DNA of 64,000 nucleotides from Rhizophagus irregularis (lineage: Eukaryota). The stretch spans positions 1,612,001 through 1,676,000 of the forward strand of contig NC_089430.1 in the NCBI RefSeq assembly GCF_026210795.1. Direction: 5' to 3'. A program made the position numbers and the translations under genes. Shown piece by piece: positions 38,600-51,012 of this stretch (the stretch's first letter is position 1; the number at the start of each line of letters is the position of its first letter). Below the pieces are notes generated by a model. That model saw only the letters and a list, made by a program, of their open reading frames with translations. It did not search any database and had not been told where the DNA came from.

Positions 38600-39790
38600 A
38601 AAAACACACCTCCCTTAAGCCACTTTGCACTCATTTAGGAAACCAGTAATGCTCCATTCAGTTATGTCTTCTTTTTCATGTCTTCTCTTTTGTGTTTTCT
38701 CTTTCTTTAAGTCTTCACTTTCCTTGTCTTCTCTTTCATGTCCTCTTTTTTCTTTAAGATTTCTTTTTTCCTTCTTTACTTTAATGAATCTTATACCACT
38801 TCTTCAATCTCTAGTTGATTATTAAAATATATATATTTATACTTGATATTACTTATGTAATATCAGAATGTTACCATTATTTTATATTGAAAAACTAGAT
38901 GACAGATGAAAGCCTCCTAGGAGAACTTCACATTGAACAGGAGCGGAAAAGACTAGATAATATATGGATAATACCAACTGTTAAGAAAAATTTAATAGCA
39001 TACTGGGTCGACCAACTGGGGTACCAAAAACGAATAAAGTTGATGTATTACCATCAAGTTCTAACGAAAACACAGATCCTAATGAGATAGTCTCAATAGA
39101 CAAAGTGGTAGAAATGGTAGACAGAATTTGATGTTTAAAGAAACATCAAAAAATAAAGCTTCTTCTACTAAGGACTACGTTAAATCAGAGGAAGTAATAA
39201 ATGTTGTGCAGAAGTTGTGAGAGAAAGGAAAAGATGTGGACAAAGATCAAAGGTGTATTGAGTCAGGAACAAGTCGTCACCCTGGAGAAGAATGAACTAA
39301 TTCTGGAAGATGATCACAGCAATTTTTTTTTAATTAGGATGGACTCTTTTGTTTGAAGACAAAGTTCGTAATAAGTCACCAATTTCAATAAAATAATTTC
39401 GTACTACTACCTAAAAGCTTATCAACAATGTTGGAGAATATAAGTCAGGCAAAAGTACTAAATGTACTAGAAGCGGAATCTAATTTCTACAACAAGAAGG
39501 ATCGAAAATTCGAAATAGGTATGGGAGGAAGATGGGTAATAAAGGGGTAAATGAGGAGGAGTTGCATGAACATAATCGAACGAATTTTTCTTGTACACAG
39601 AGACTCTCGGACAAGGATACGAACGTACGGAAACAGAAGGTAAAAACTGTAAACAAGTCTCAGATTTAGTACAGTAATTAGTGGTGTCTTTCTTAGATAG
39701 TTACGATGTTGGTATAGTTTAGATTACAGTAGACCTTAGTTTTTTTAGAAGAAAGTTGGGTATATATATATAATTGTAAAAAATCCATTC
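38600..39790 (+). mobile_element. Possible decayed retroelement fragment
   Basis: Pyrimidine-rich leader, broken purine-rich coding-like text and an A-rich end. No catalytic motif recognised. Confidence 0.3.
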
Positions 39791-40228
39791 ATTTATCGTA
39801 TACATAAAAATGATTCAATTTTACAGCTAAGTATTGCGAATATTTTAAAATATAAATAAAAAAGTTTTTTAGCACGATAAGAATTTATAATAAATACTTA
39901 CTACCAGAAAATGGGAACCCTTACGTTTATAACATGATAATATATAGTTTGTCGATTTAAGCCTTTAAAAAAGAGTTTGATGAATAATAATTTCAATTAT
40001 GCGTTTAATTTATGTAATAATGCAAAATTATATGTTTTTGAACTGTCTTTCTTTGTATAATACATGTATTCAAAAGGTAATATTCGGCGGTTTTTTTTGT
40101 TTTTTAAAAAATTTGATTTATTTCATTCTAAATATGTTCTGCATATGTAAAAATCACAAGGAAAGAAAGATAAAACTGCCTAGTTAAAAAGGAATGGTTA
40201 TTATAAAATCCTTAAAAAGAAATTACAG

Positions 40229-40855
40229 CTAAATTATGGTGCATGAATCATCAGTTGCTTCAATCGTAAGTTGACGCCACGGAACAAGGTGTTTATCCGA
40301 AGAATCAAAAGTAGTGTATCCAGTACTAGAAGCGGTAGTCCACCCACTATCAAACTTATTGCTGTTTCCCTCCTGATATCCATAATATCTAAATCGAGTT
40401 TTATAAAAACCACAAGTTTCCTCATTAAATTTACATCCACAAAGAGGACACTTGCAGAGATATGAATCAATACAAAATTTGAAAACCCGAAAACCTAGTG
40501 GCTTAATAACTCGACTACTATTGTAAGCTGCACAAGAAGGGTTTTTGCAATATCCTAACAAGTAAATACGTATAAATACGTTAGTAAAATAATCTATATC
40601 GAAGTAAGTATAATTTAATCTGTAGATGTATATTTTTTTATATATATGTATACCTTCAATATTTAAACCTGGTTCATAATATCTCCATCTAGGCGCGTCT
40701 GAACTAGGTGGTTTCGTTATCATACCAGAAAAGTCCGTGAAATTCCGAGGTGAGGTCATAATTGACAGTGAACATGTTTTATGTTGTACTTGTGATTGGA
40801 GATAAGACACCCTAGACTCGATTTTTTTTTCATCATCATCAGGATCATACGGCAT
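40229..40855 (-). CDS. Cys-rich protein of unknown function, exons 40855-40654 and 40554-40229 (about 175 aa)
   Basis: An in-frame 99-bp AT-rich GT-AG intron (40555-40653) joins APRWRYYEPGLNIEG to YCKNPSCAAYN; later CKCPLC and TCGFY. Confidence 0.8.
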   Translation of the reverse strand: MPYDPDDDEKKIESRVSYLQSQVQHKTCSLSIMTSPRNFTDFSGMITKPPSSDAPRWRYYEPGLNIEGIHIYKKIYIYRLNYTYFDIDYFTNVFIRIYLLGYCKNPSCAAYNSSRVIKPLGFRVFKFCIDSYLCKCPLCGCKFNEETCGFYKTRFRYYGYQEGNSNKFDSGWTTASSTGYTTFDSSDKHLVPWRQLTIEATDDSCTII

Positions 40856-40994
40856 TTTTCTTAAAAAGGTATAACAAGAAATATTAATTTTATCCGCGAC
40901 TTGTTTAGTAATAATTATTTAGAAAGAATAAAATCATAAAGTGGATATAGAATATATATAAAAAAATTCTTCAAAAATTTATTTATGTACACGT

Positions 40995-41770
40995 TTAAGG
41001 TTGTTTCAGGATAATTGACATTTCATTTTTGTTTTCTCTATTACGAAAGAAAATAAAAAATATTATTTCATAACATACCTTGCTTTTTCGAAAGGATTTA
41101 TTAGAAAAAAAAAATAGAATCAAATGGGAAAATAAGAAGAATATATAAGAAAATAATTTACATAACTCTACCTCCGAAATCAAAATGATTAAAAAGGTAA
41201 TGCATGCCAAGCCTACAATCTAAAAAAAGAACAATATTAATGACTTATTTATTAATGATCACGTAAAGTTTCAAAATTTGATTAATTAGTCGCACAATTT
41301 CGTAGTTTTTTTTTTTAGGCTGAATTTTTTTTTTCAATGGTAATATTTTTTTGAAACGATATTTAAATAATTTTTCTTTCTATTTTTCTTAAAAAGACAA
41401 TACTGAAATGCCACGCCTACAATCTAAAAAAGAACAATATTAATGGTTTATTTATTAATCACGTAAAGTTTCAGATAAATATTTCAAAATTTGATTAAAA
41501 TTAGTCGCACAATTTCGTTAATTTCGCTAAAAAGTTCTACCTCCGAAATTTTACATCATATAATGATTAAAAAGGAAAAAAAAGAACAATATTAATGACT
41601 TACGATCAGGTAAAATTTTGGCCAGTTCCAAGTTATATAATCTAATTATTAAGTTATCAGTAAATATACTCTGAGATTAGAACGGGATTCCGAAATCTTA
41701 TACCATAAAATGATTAAAAAGGCATGTCACACTTACAGTCTAAAAAAAGAGCAATAATAATAAATTAATG
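40995..41770. repeat. Second copy of the 34310-35900 leader and ~200-bp array (about four degenerate units)
   Basis: ctattacgaaagaaaa...tttcataacataccttgcttttt..cgaaaggattta matches 34354-34450. Array units at about 41168, 41400, 41537 and 41690. Confidence 0.85.
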
Positions 41771-42039
41771 ATTACTCGGCCGCAATAATCGAGTAAAATA
41801 TGGTTAAATATATTCGATCTAACAATCTATATTTTATAAAATATAATACAAAAATACATAATCTTGAATTGTGTAGCATGATTCAGTGCCTGATTTAAAC
41901 TTAAAAGTTAAGGCCATTTATTTGATCGGCAAACGTATAGATTTTTTTAACTTAGCTAATTTTTGATCGGTTAAACAAGCGAAGATATTTTTTAAAAAAT
42001 TTTTTTTTGCAAACATATTTATTCAAAATAATCTTATTA

Positions 42040-42495
42040 TTGCCGTTTTCAGAAATGTTGACATTAGAATGTCGATCATTTCTATAAATCGAACACACCG
42101 AACACACACCGAACACCCACCGAACACAGCAATTAAAATTAAAAAAAAACAAATTTTCCTTTAAAAAAAACAAAATTAATATATTTTTAGATAGTGTGCA
42201 TAAAAAAATGTATAAAAATTATATTATTTACATATATGTATTCACTTGTATTTGCTTGTATTTGCCAATGTTCGGTGTGTTTGGTGTGTTCGTTTATGTT
42301 CGGTGTGTGTTCGGTACAAATTTTCATATTTTCAATTGTATTCATATCTAAAAAATGACAAAAATAGTTTTTATATAAAGTTATGCATGAATACTTCAAG
42401 TTTGCATAATTTTTTGTATGTGTTCACGGTGTGTTCGGTGTGTTTGGTATAAAATGGTCAAAATTTCAGATTGTCAACATTTCTGAAAACGGCAA
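42040..42495. mobile_element. MITE (456 bp) nested in the Helitron-like element
   Basis: Perfect TIRs TTGCCGTTTTCAGAAATGTTGACA, TA on both sides, internal ACCGAACAC/GTGTTCGGT repeats. Absent from the paralogous site near 47920. Confidence 0.85.
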
Positions 42496-42699
42496 TAAAT
42501 GAAATTTTTTAAAATTTAAGTCCCACATTTTCGATTTTAAAGAAAAAAATCACTGTATTTATTTTTAATGAAGTGATACAATAAAAAAAACAATAATAAT
42601 AAATAAAAAAGATAAGTAAATGACAATGATCAAGGAGAAAGATGCTAATAAAAAATGAAATAACAATGGAGTAATGGAAAGTAATAGAAGAAGAAAGGG

Positions 42700-43130
42700 A
42701 GTAAAAAAGAGTAATGAGAAGTGATAGGAAACAAAAAGGAAAAATAGGACATGATGGATGATGAAAAAGAGTGATGGAGACGAAAAGGAGTGATGAGAAG
42801 ATGAAGAGGAGTGATGGGAGACGAAAAGGAGTGATGGGAAGATGAAGAGGGGTTATGGGAGACTAAAAGGAGTGATTGTAGACGAAGAGAAGTGATGGGA
42901 GACGAAGAGGAGTGATGGGAGACGAAAAGGAGTGATGGGAGACGAAAAAAAGTGATAGAAGACAAAAGAAGTAATGGGAGACAAAAAGGAGTGATGGGAG
43001 ACGAAAAGAAGTGATGGAAGACAAAGAGGAATGATGAAAGATAAAAAGGAGTGATAAGAGACGAAAAGAAGTAATGGAAATGAAAAGAAGTGATTGGGAG
43101 ACAAAAGAAATGATGGGAAGTAAATAGGAG
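42700..43130. repeat. Purine-rich minisatellite of roughly 20-bp units
   Basis: gagacgaaaaggagtgatgg-like unit repeated many times. Shorter version at ~48120-48230. Confidence 0.9.
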
Positions 43131-45055
43131 AGAAAATGAAATAACGGAAAATGAAGATGTAATAGAAAATAATGGGAAACAAATAATGAGAAGTAGTATA
43201 AAGTAAAAATGATGAGAGACAAAAATAAAAAAGTGATCATGAGGAAACAAAGTAAAAAATAAACCATAAAGTACTAAACAAAAAATGAAGTTAGTAAGAA
43301 ATGAAATATAAGATAAAAACGAAATAAAAAAAAAAATAAAAAAAATACCTTTATTAATTGTAGAACTGAAAGAACTAAAATATCTGAAAAAAAATAAATT
43401 AAATTAGTGAAAAACGAAATATGAAACAGAAACAAAATAAAAAATAAAAAAATGAGTAAGAAACGAAATGTAAAAGTGAAAAACAACTGAACCTTACTGG
43501 AAGAACTAAAGGAAGGACCTAAAAATGATGAAATAGAATTAAATATGTAAATTATATAAATTATATAAATTTATTAGTCTAACCTTACCATATTGTAAAT
43601 ATTTATTATCAAAATACCAAGAAGTTTTATCCCCGGCGCAGCGCGACGGTTACACCTAGTGATCAAATAATATATTCTACTATTGAAAATAATTTCACAC
43701 TTTAACATTACTTTATTATAATTTATAACTAGAGTCATAGTGCTAGGGCCGGCTAGGAGCCAGCCCTTTAAATATATTAGTATCATATATAACTATATAG
43801 ATTGTCTAGTCACCCGCAGGTATGTCACAGTTTCATGTTACACAAATCAAAAAATTATTTCTAAACATCCGCAGCCCGATCTTATTCTTCAACCTGGCTT
43901 AACCCTAAAAAAATGAATTTTAATTGTACTTAGTAAAAGAGTTCTTTTCTTTTACTTTTGGATGTTTTTTTTTAAATAAAATAAAAAATTTTAATTGTTT
44001 TAATTTTCATAATAGTCATAAAATTATTTTGATTTCATATGTACAGTATCTCGTATATGGCTATTTACGCAAGAAAAAATTTAAATCAATTGGCTGGATA
44101 ATTTAATGGCTATACAATAATACGAATTGCCTATAAAATTATTCGATGATCAAACAAAACGTAAATTTTCTTTTATTGTTAAAAAAAACCTATATTTTTA
44201 AAATTAAATCATATAATTTATTTTATTATTAATTGTTAATGGAAACTAGTACAGATCTGAGAATTTATTTCATTAAAATTAAAAAAAAGACTGCAATTTA
44301 TATATTTATTTAGTTTATTTGTTTAAACAATACAAATGAAATTAACTATAGGGACGAAATCCTACTACATACGGCAGTAAAATTCTAATTATCTATCAAA
44401 GTTTTTCCAACATTGCAAAACACATATTATCAACATATAAATCAACTTTGCTATTATCAGCAGGAAGTATAATTACCACCGCTACAATTGTCACTAGTTC
44501 CAACTTGAACACGTTAAACAAATTTTCTATATTTGCTTTAAATTTAATTAATATATTTGTTCTTCATAATTGTTTACCATTCCCACTAGTGTTTTTAGTT
44601 TTCACCTAATTAATATGTTTCAACCGTCAAATATCTAATTAGTGGATCAGCTCAGATCGGGTACCCGATCAAACCTGAACTAAAAATTTGGGCCAGGTCA
44701 TAATAGGTTTTTATCCTACTTTTGGGTTGGGTAACTTTATGACAAGATTAACATAATATAAAATACAATGTAATTTTTACCTTGTTACATTATTATAACA
44801 AACTACATACAAATCATTATATTTATTTTTCATATAATTTTATAAATACTTTATTTAATCATAAAAAATTTATTCCAATAAAATATCATACTATAGTAAT
44901 GTTAAAGAAAATAAATAGTAAATAATAAAGAAATTTATACCAAAGATACCTTTCCTTTCTTTAATTCAGTTACTTTTATCAACAAGTGAAAAATATATTA
45001 TTAAATAATATTATTAATAAAATAAATCATGTAAAAAGTTAATGTATATAAGTAC

Positions 45056-46663
45056 CTAGGTCTAGTTTAGTAAAATCTATTGCTTCTATTGATTCTGTAA
45101 TATATATATAAAAAAAAAATAATTATGAAATCTTTAAAGAATGCTTTTGTAAAGTTAAATTAGGAAATTAATTACCTGAATATTCTCCAAATGAATTATC
45201 ATCATCCTTGTTATCAATATCATTTTTTGGTTCTGGAAGATTTTTAAAATCTAAAAGTCTAGTCGTGTAAACTGCTTGAGGATTTGTAGTATATGAAAGA
45301 GTAGGTCCAGTATATAATGATGATGATGATGTTAACTTCTCATTAATTTCATCTGCTTCTACAATTTGGTTTTTGATTTCAGTTTCGCCAGAAAAAGTCA
45401 GTGATTCACCCCATAAATTGTATAATAAACTTTTTAATTCTTTTGCTTTAGGTCGTTTTAAAGGATCAGCATCCCAACATTGTTTAATTATGTTTAGAAT
45501 TAATTGAGGAATTTTATAATTTGATTTTGGCCTAAGTCCTTGACAAATGCTAATAGTTAAGAATTTATCATGAGCAATATCATGATAAGGAGGAAGCCCT
45601 GTACAGACTTCATATGCAATAATTCCAAATCCATATATATCACTTTCTTGAGTATACTCTTTTCCTCTTAAAACTTCTGGTGCTACATAGGGTAATACTC
45701 CATATAATTCTTTACATTCATTTTGAGATGGTTTTACATTTACTGGTCGACATAATCCTAAATCAGTAATTAAAGTATAATATTCTTCTTTTAATATATT
45801 GCCACAATGAAAATCACGATGAATTAACCCATTTTCATGAATATATTTGAGGTTTACTGAAAGATCTTTTAAAATATCCAGCTTTTCACCCCATTTTATT
45901 GAATTAAAACTATTATTTAAATGTTGTCTTAAACTACCATTTATTACATAATTCATTACTATTATAAAATTTCCAGATTCTGGATCTTTAGTAATGCCAA
46001 AACAGTGTGCTATATAACTATCCACTGGAATCATAATATGGGTTTCAATCTAAAAAAGAATCCATAATAATAATAATTAATAGACAGTTTAACATTTATA
46101 ATAGGACAATATCTTGAAATACTATATATAAATAAGTAACTTACTTCTCTTAAAAAATCGGATGTAATATCTTGAGAATTATGTAAATATTTTAAAACAA
46201 CTGGAAAATTCTCATATTCCCTAAACCAACGTTTACTTCTTTTCCATTTATTATTCTTAAAATCCCATTTATCTATATATCCATCTTTCCAAATTGCTTT
46301 ATAAATAGTTCCAAATCCTCCTTTTGCCAAGTATTCAACATTTTCAAATCTATCATATTCAATCCATTCTAAAACTTCTTGATAATCTTTAGCTTTAAGT
46401 TGTACTTTTTGAATAAAATTGTCAACTTCATGATTTCCACTAGTCCAATTTTTAAAATTTTGTTGAAATTTACATTGACACCAATAATAAGAAGCTCTAG
46501 GTTGCTTACATTCTTTACATAAACCTTTTTCTTTATAACGTATTTTTAATTCTTTATTTAATATTAACTTATCAATTAACAAACTTTGTTCTTTGGTCAG
46601 GTATTTATGGTTAAAATCTTTTATTTGCTCAAACACATCATCATTGAGCATAAATACTCCCAT
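45056..46663 (-). CDS. TKL-type protein kinase (exons 46663-46145, 46049-45176, probably 45094-45056)
   Basis: Motifs WTSGN, GGFGTI, VVLK, HRDFHCGN, DLG, YVAPE. GT-AG intron 46050-46144. The small exon reads ESIEAIDFTKLDL; exact 3' end uncertain. Confidence 0.9.
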
Positions 46664-47814
46664 ATTGGATTAATAAATGTGACTTCAATTTTATATCTAA
46701 ACGGAGTAAAAAAAAATTTTTTTTTTTTTAAAAAAAAGGGCGTATTTAAATGTATTACAGTTGCACAGCAGCGATTTACAAAATTATTTTTAATTTAGGC
46801 AAAAACAATAAAGCGTTCAAGAAGTCAGCTGATGATCACAGAAATCACTACTAATTATAAATTTCCTTTCCAAACCAAAACCAAAATACTTGTTTCACAA
46901 AAAAAAAGCTGTGTCGATCATCAAACGCCAAAATTATTTCATTATACTCTATATCTGATATAGGTGCTTCATTGAATTTTGACAGTCAATCAATATCATT
47001 ATCAGTAACAACATGCATTAAAAATTAAAATTAGAATCAATCACGTTAAAATTATTTAGATTGAAAATTTTTTAAAAAATGTATTATCCAATTAGTTCAG
47101 TTGCTTTAAATCTGTACAAAAAAATTATAAAAAAGAAAATTTTTTCATTATTATGTGAAGAAAATTTATTTATTAACAAATAAATTCAATTATAATATAA
47201 TCATTTTTAAAAGTAAGTTATGTTTATAAAAATTTCAACTTTTAAATATAAAATAATTATTATGACAAAACAATAAATTAAAGCTTTCAATTCTATTTTA
47301 ACATCATTTTTCCTAATAACATGTAATTTTATTGTTAAAAAAAAAATTGGTATTTAGTGACATAAATATTTTCTCGAAATTCAAAAAATTTAATAATTTA
47401 ATAATGATAAGGTAGTTACACTCAAAAATACCGTAAATTATCTTAAATAAAATCAAGAAAGTTGCCTTTAAAATAATTGACTATGTTGATTTAGTATCCA
47501 TTATCTATGAAAAATAATTACAAAAATTATTCCTATATTAATAAATAAAGTAAGAAAAGAAGCTATTTAAAAATATTTTTCTTAAGCAGATAAATGAAAG
47601 GTGGTCAGTAGAAAAGGGCAAAATCCAAAGTTTTGGTCAAAATTTTTTTATTTCCAATCATGGACACGTGAACAAAGTTAGCTTAATGACTAAAACAAAT
47701 AAATGTTAAATATAACAGCAAGCTTTGATAAACAGTAAAATTTTATGGGAATTGCTAGTTTTTTTTTAAATATGTTACATGATGTACAAGTAAATTTATT
47801 AATTGGCTGATGGC

Positions 47815-49640
47815 CGATTTTTTTAACTTAGCTAATTTTTGATCGGCCAAACTTAAAATTTTATCACAAAAGATATTTAAAAAAATTATTTTTCAAGCAT
47901 ATTTGTTCAAAATAATCTTATCTAATGAAATTTTATTTGCAAGTATTAAATTTAATCACACATTTTCGATTTTAAAGAAAAAAATCACTGTATTTATTTT
48001 TAATGAAGTGATACAAATAAAAGAAAAGATAAGTAAATTACCATGGTCAAGAATAAAGATGCCAATAAAAAAAAGGAATAACAATGGAATAATGGAAAGT
48101 AATAGAAGATGAAAGGGAGAGTAAAAAGAGTAATGAGTGATAGGAAACAAGCAAAAAGGAGTAATAGGATACGATGGGAGATGAAAAGGAGCGATAGGAG
48201 ATGAAAAGGAGTGATGGGAAGTAAACAGGAGAGAAAAGAAATAATGGAAAATAAAAAGATGTAATAGAAAATAATGGGAAAAGAAAAAAATGGAATAATG
48301 AAGTAATAGGAGGTGAAAAATGATGAGAGACAAAAAATAAAGAATGATCATGATAGGAGGTTGGGTAGCAAAGGATAATAATAAAAAATAAAACCATAAC
48401 TGATAAAGTAAAAAAAAAATGAATATATAGAAAGTAAGTAACGGAAATTGGCTAAGTAAGTAACGTAAAGTCACATGATTTATTTACGTTACTCCCCTTA
48501 ATATAAGGCACGTAACGTAAAGTGAAATTTTTTTTATCTTACGTTACGTATCTTATATGGTTCACGTGACAACGTAAGTGATTTTTTGTGGCACATCACG
48601 ATCAGCCTATTTGTTTGTTTACATTTTACATAACTCCCTCGTTTTTTTCTTTTAATGTCAAAATGTCAAACAAAATCTTATAAAAAGATAGAAAGTCAAA
48701 GACAATTAAGTTTGAACAATTATTTAGGTATAAAATTTGTTTATTAAACTGCCTGTCATATATTAACTGTTTTATTTTTTGGTTATTTTGTATACAAAAA
48801 ATTTAGAGTATAGTTTTGATATCTTTGTTAAAGTTAATTGTCTTTTGGAGATAAGTAAAGCTGTTTAATAGGTATGGTACTATTGGATTACTCAAAGATC
48901 TATTTTTACTGGGTTTGGCTTTCATATTTGTGGAGTTGTAATTATTTTCATAATAATATTAGGACGCGTTACGCGTAACGCGTTTATTTACTGTATTTAA
49001 TTTATAAATAATAAAGACATTAATTAAAGCTTATCTGTTATGTTTTTATTTGTTTTATGTTTATTAATAAATTATTAAAATAAATAATTTTTATAATTTT
49101 AAAAGTATAAAATCAATTTTCTTTTATATTTAAAGGCATAAGAAAATCAACTCTAATAGTATGAAAAATTCTTTTTTAAAATAAATTTTTTACCAAGATA
49201 AATATGCAAAAATTGATAATATAAATCACGTGGTGCTAGATATGGTGAGTAACGTAAGGTAAAAAAATTTATCTTACGTTCCGTGTCTTAATTAAGGGCA
49301 GTAACGTAAATTAACCTAAATTAGTAACTTTACGTTACTCACTTAGCCAATTTCCGTTACTTACTTACTACCTACTGAAAAAAAATAAAGCTAGTAAGAA
49401 ACGAAATATAAGATAGAAACAAAATAAATAAAAAATAAATAAAAAATAAATAAAAAATAAAAAATATACCTTTATTAATTGTAGAACCAGAAGAATTATA
49501 AGATCTAAAAAAAATGAAATAAAATTAGTGAAAAATGAAATATAAGACAGAAACAAAACGTAAAGTAAGAAAAATAACTGAACCTTAATTGCAGAACTGG
49601 AAGGACTAAAGGACCTAATAATAATGAAATAGAGTTAGTA
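47815..49640 (+). mobile_element. Partial second copy of the Helitron-like element
   Basis: Matches 41940-43545 (aacttagctaatttttgatcgg, cacattttcgattttaaagaaaaaaatcactg, tacctttattaattgtagaac). No 3' hairpin-CTAG found. Confidence 0.65.
48428..49371. mobile_element. TIR element (about 940 bp) with ACGT-rich subterminal repeats
   Basis: aagtaagtaacggaaattggctaagtaagtaacgtaaagt is inverted at ~49327-49366. Absent from the paralogous position near 43270. TSD unclear. Confidence 0.8.
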
Positions 49641-50048
49641 AGAAATTGTAAGAATGTAAGTTAGAAATAAAAATAAAAGAAAAAAAGAAAAATACTTTGA
49701 AACTGAAAGAACCAAGGAAACAAACCTCGAATCTATACTGAAAATGAGATTCGATAAACAAATAAATAGTATAACACGATCATATTGCCAACCTGGCCAA
49801 TCAAAAATATCAAATCTGCCATGTGATCGAATCAGGCGATGTTTAGCAATTCCCAAATTTATTATAATTAGATTTAATGTTCTGAAAATAAATATGAAGT
49901 ACTAATTGAAAGATAAACAAAAAAAAAGAAGGAAATTCTGTATCTGCTAAGAATGTCCAGGTTACTTCTGCATTATATGAGATCTCTGATTGAACCTAAA
50001 GAAAAAAATATGAAGAAAATAAATAATTTTTAATTTAAATTTAACATA

Positions 50049-50616
50049 CACAGTGAAATTTGATAAACCAGATCTTTGATAAATCGGATTTGGGCCTAAA
50101 TCGGACGTATATTAAATTAGTTTCAATATACCAGAGTTTACTAGTAAAAGCTTGATATTCACTATAACGGATCAATTTTCTAACCAGCTATAGTATATAA
50201 CCAGGATCACATGATCTGCTACATTTGAAAACCAATTAAATTGATTTCACGTGATCCAATATTCTTTTTGGATCTTTTTTTTTTGGTCTTTTTATAATAA
50301 TATGTTCGACAAAATTATTTAGGTATTTATAGTTTAGATATGCAAAATTTGGTTAATTTAAAGAAAAAAATTATTTCTGATAGTAAGAAAAGGCAGGAGA
50401 AGGTTAGATTAGAAAACTTTAGTTGTTTTTAGTATGTAATATTTTGATAAATTAAAATAAAGAGTTTTTTAAAGTTTTTAATTTTTATTACATCGCATAA
50501 AAATTTGATATATCGGATTATCACATGATTTTATATGAAACCTGGTATATCGAAATTTTTTTGCTATGGATATTTTTAGTGTAACTGATAAATCCGGTTT
50601 ATCAAATTTCACTGTG
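50049..50616. mobile_element. Tc1/pogo-like MITE (about 568 bp)
   Basis: TIRs CACAGTGAAATTTGATAAACC / GGTTTATCAAATTTCACTGTG flanked by TA. Confidence 0.8.
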
Positions 50617-51012
50617 TATTTACATAATGGTGTAGTTAGCCAAAAAATAATTAGCCGCAACGTGATCCACCCAGCTCAAGGTGTAGGAATTCCAAGTGAT
50701 TTTCTGTGATTAAACTGGATCTGAATGATTGGTAATCAGAAATTTGGCTCAACTTTACCATTATTATATTTACCATCAAACTATTTTTTTTTTAATGTAT
50801 AATTTAATAAATATATTTATTAAATACATTAATTTTGTTACAATTTAAAACATCCATACAATTCATTATATTTATTTTTCATATAATTATAAATACTTTA
50901 TTTAATCATAAAAAATATATTCCAATAAAATATCATACTATAGTAATGTTAAAGAAAATAAATAGTAAATAATAAAGAAATTTATATCCAAGATCCCTTT
51001 CCTTTCTTTAAT

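Larger units (their letters stand above)
41826..43659 (+). mobile_element. Non-autonomous Helitron-like element
   Basis: 3' GC hairpin (ccggcgcagcgcgacgg) followed by CTAG|T at 43656-43660. Candidate A|TC 5' end at 41826 is less certain. A homologous partial copy lies at ~47815-49640. Confidence 0.7.

Noticed and set aside
42645..43486. Hydrophobic F/S/L-rich ORFs (also 47956-48474)
   Set aside because: Artefacts of the pyrimidine-rich strand of the minisatellite.
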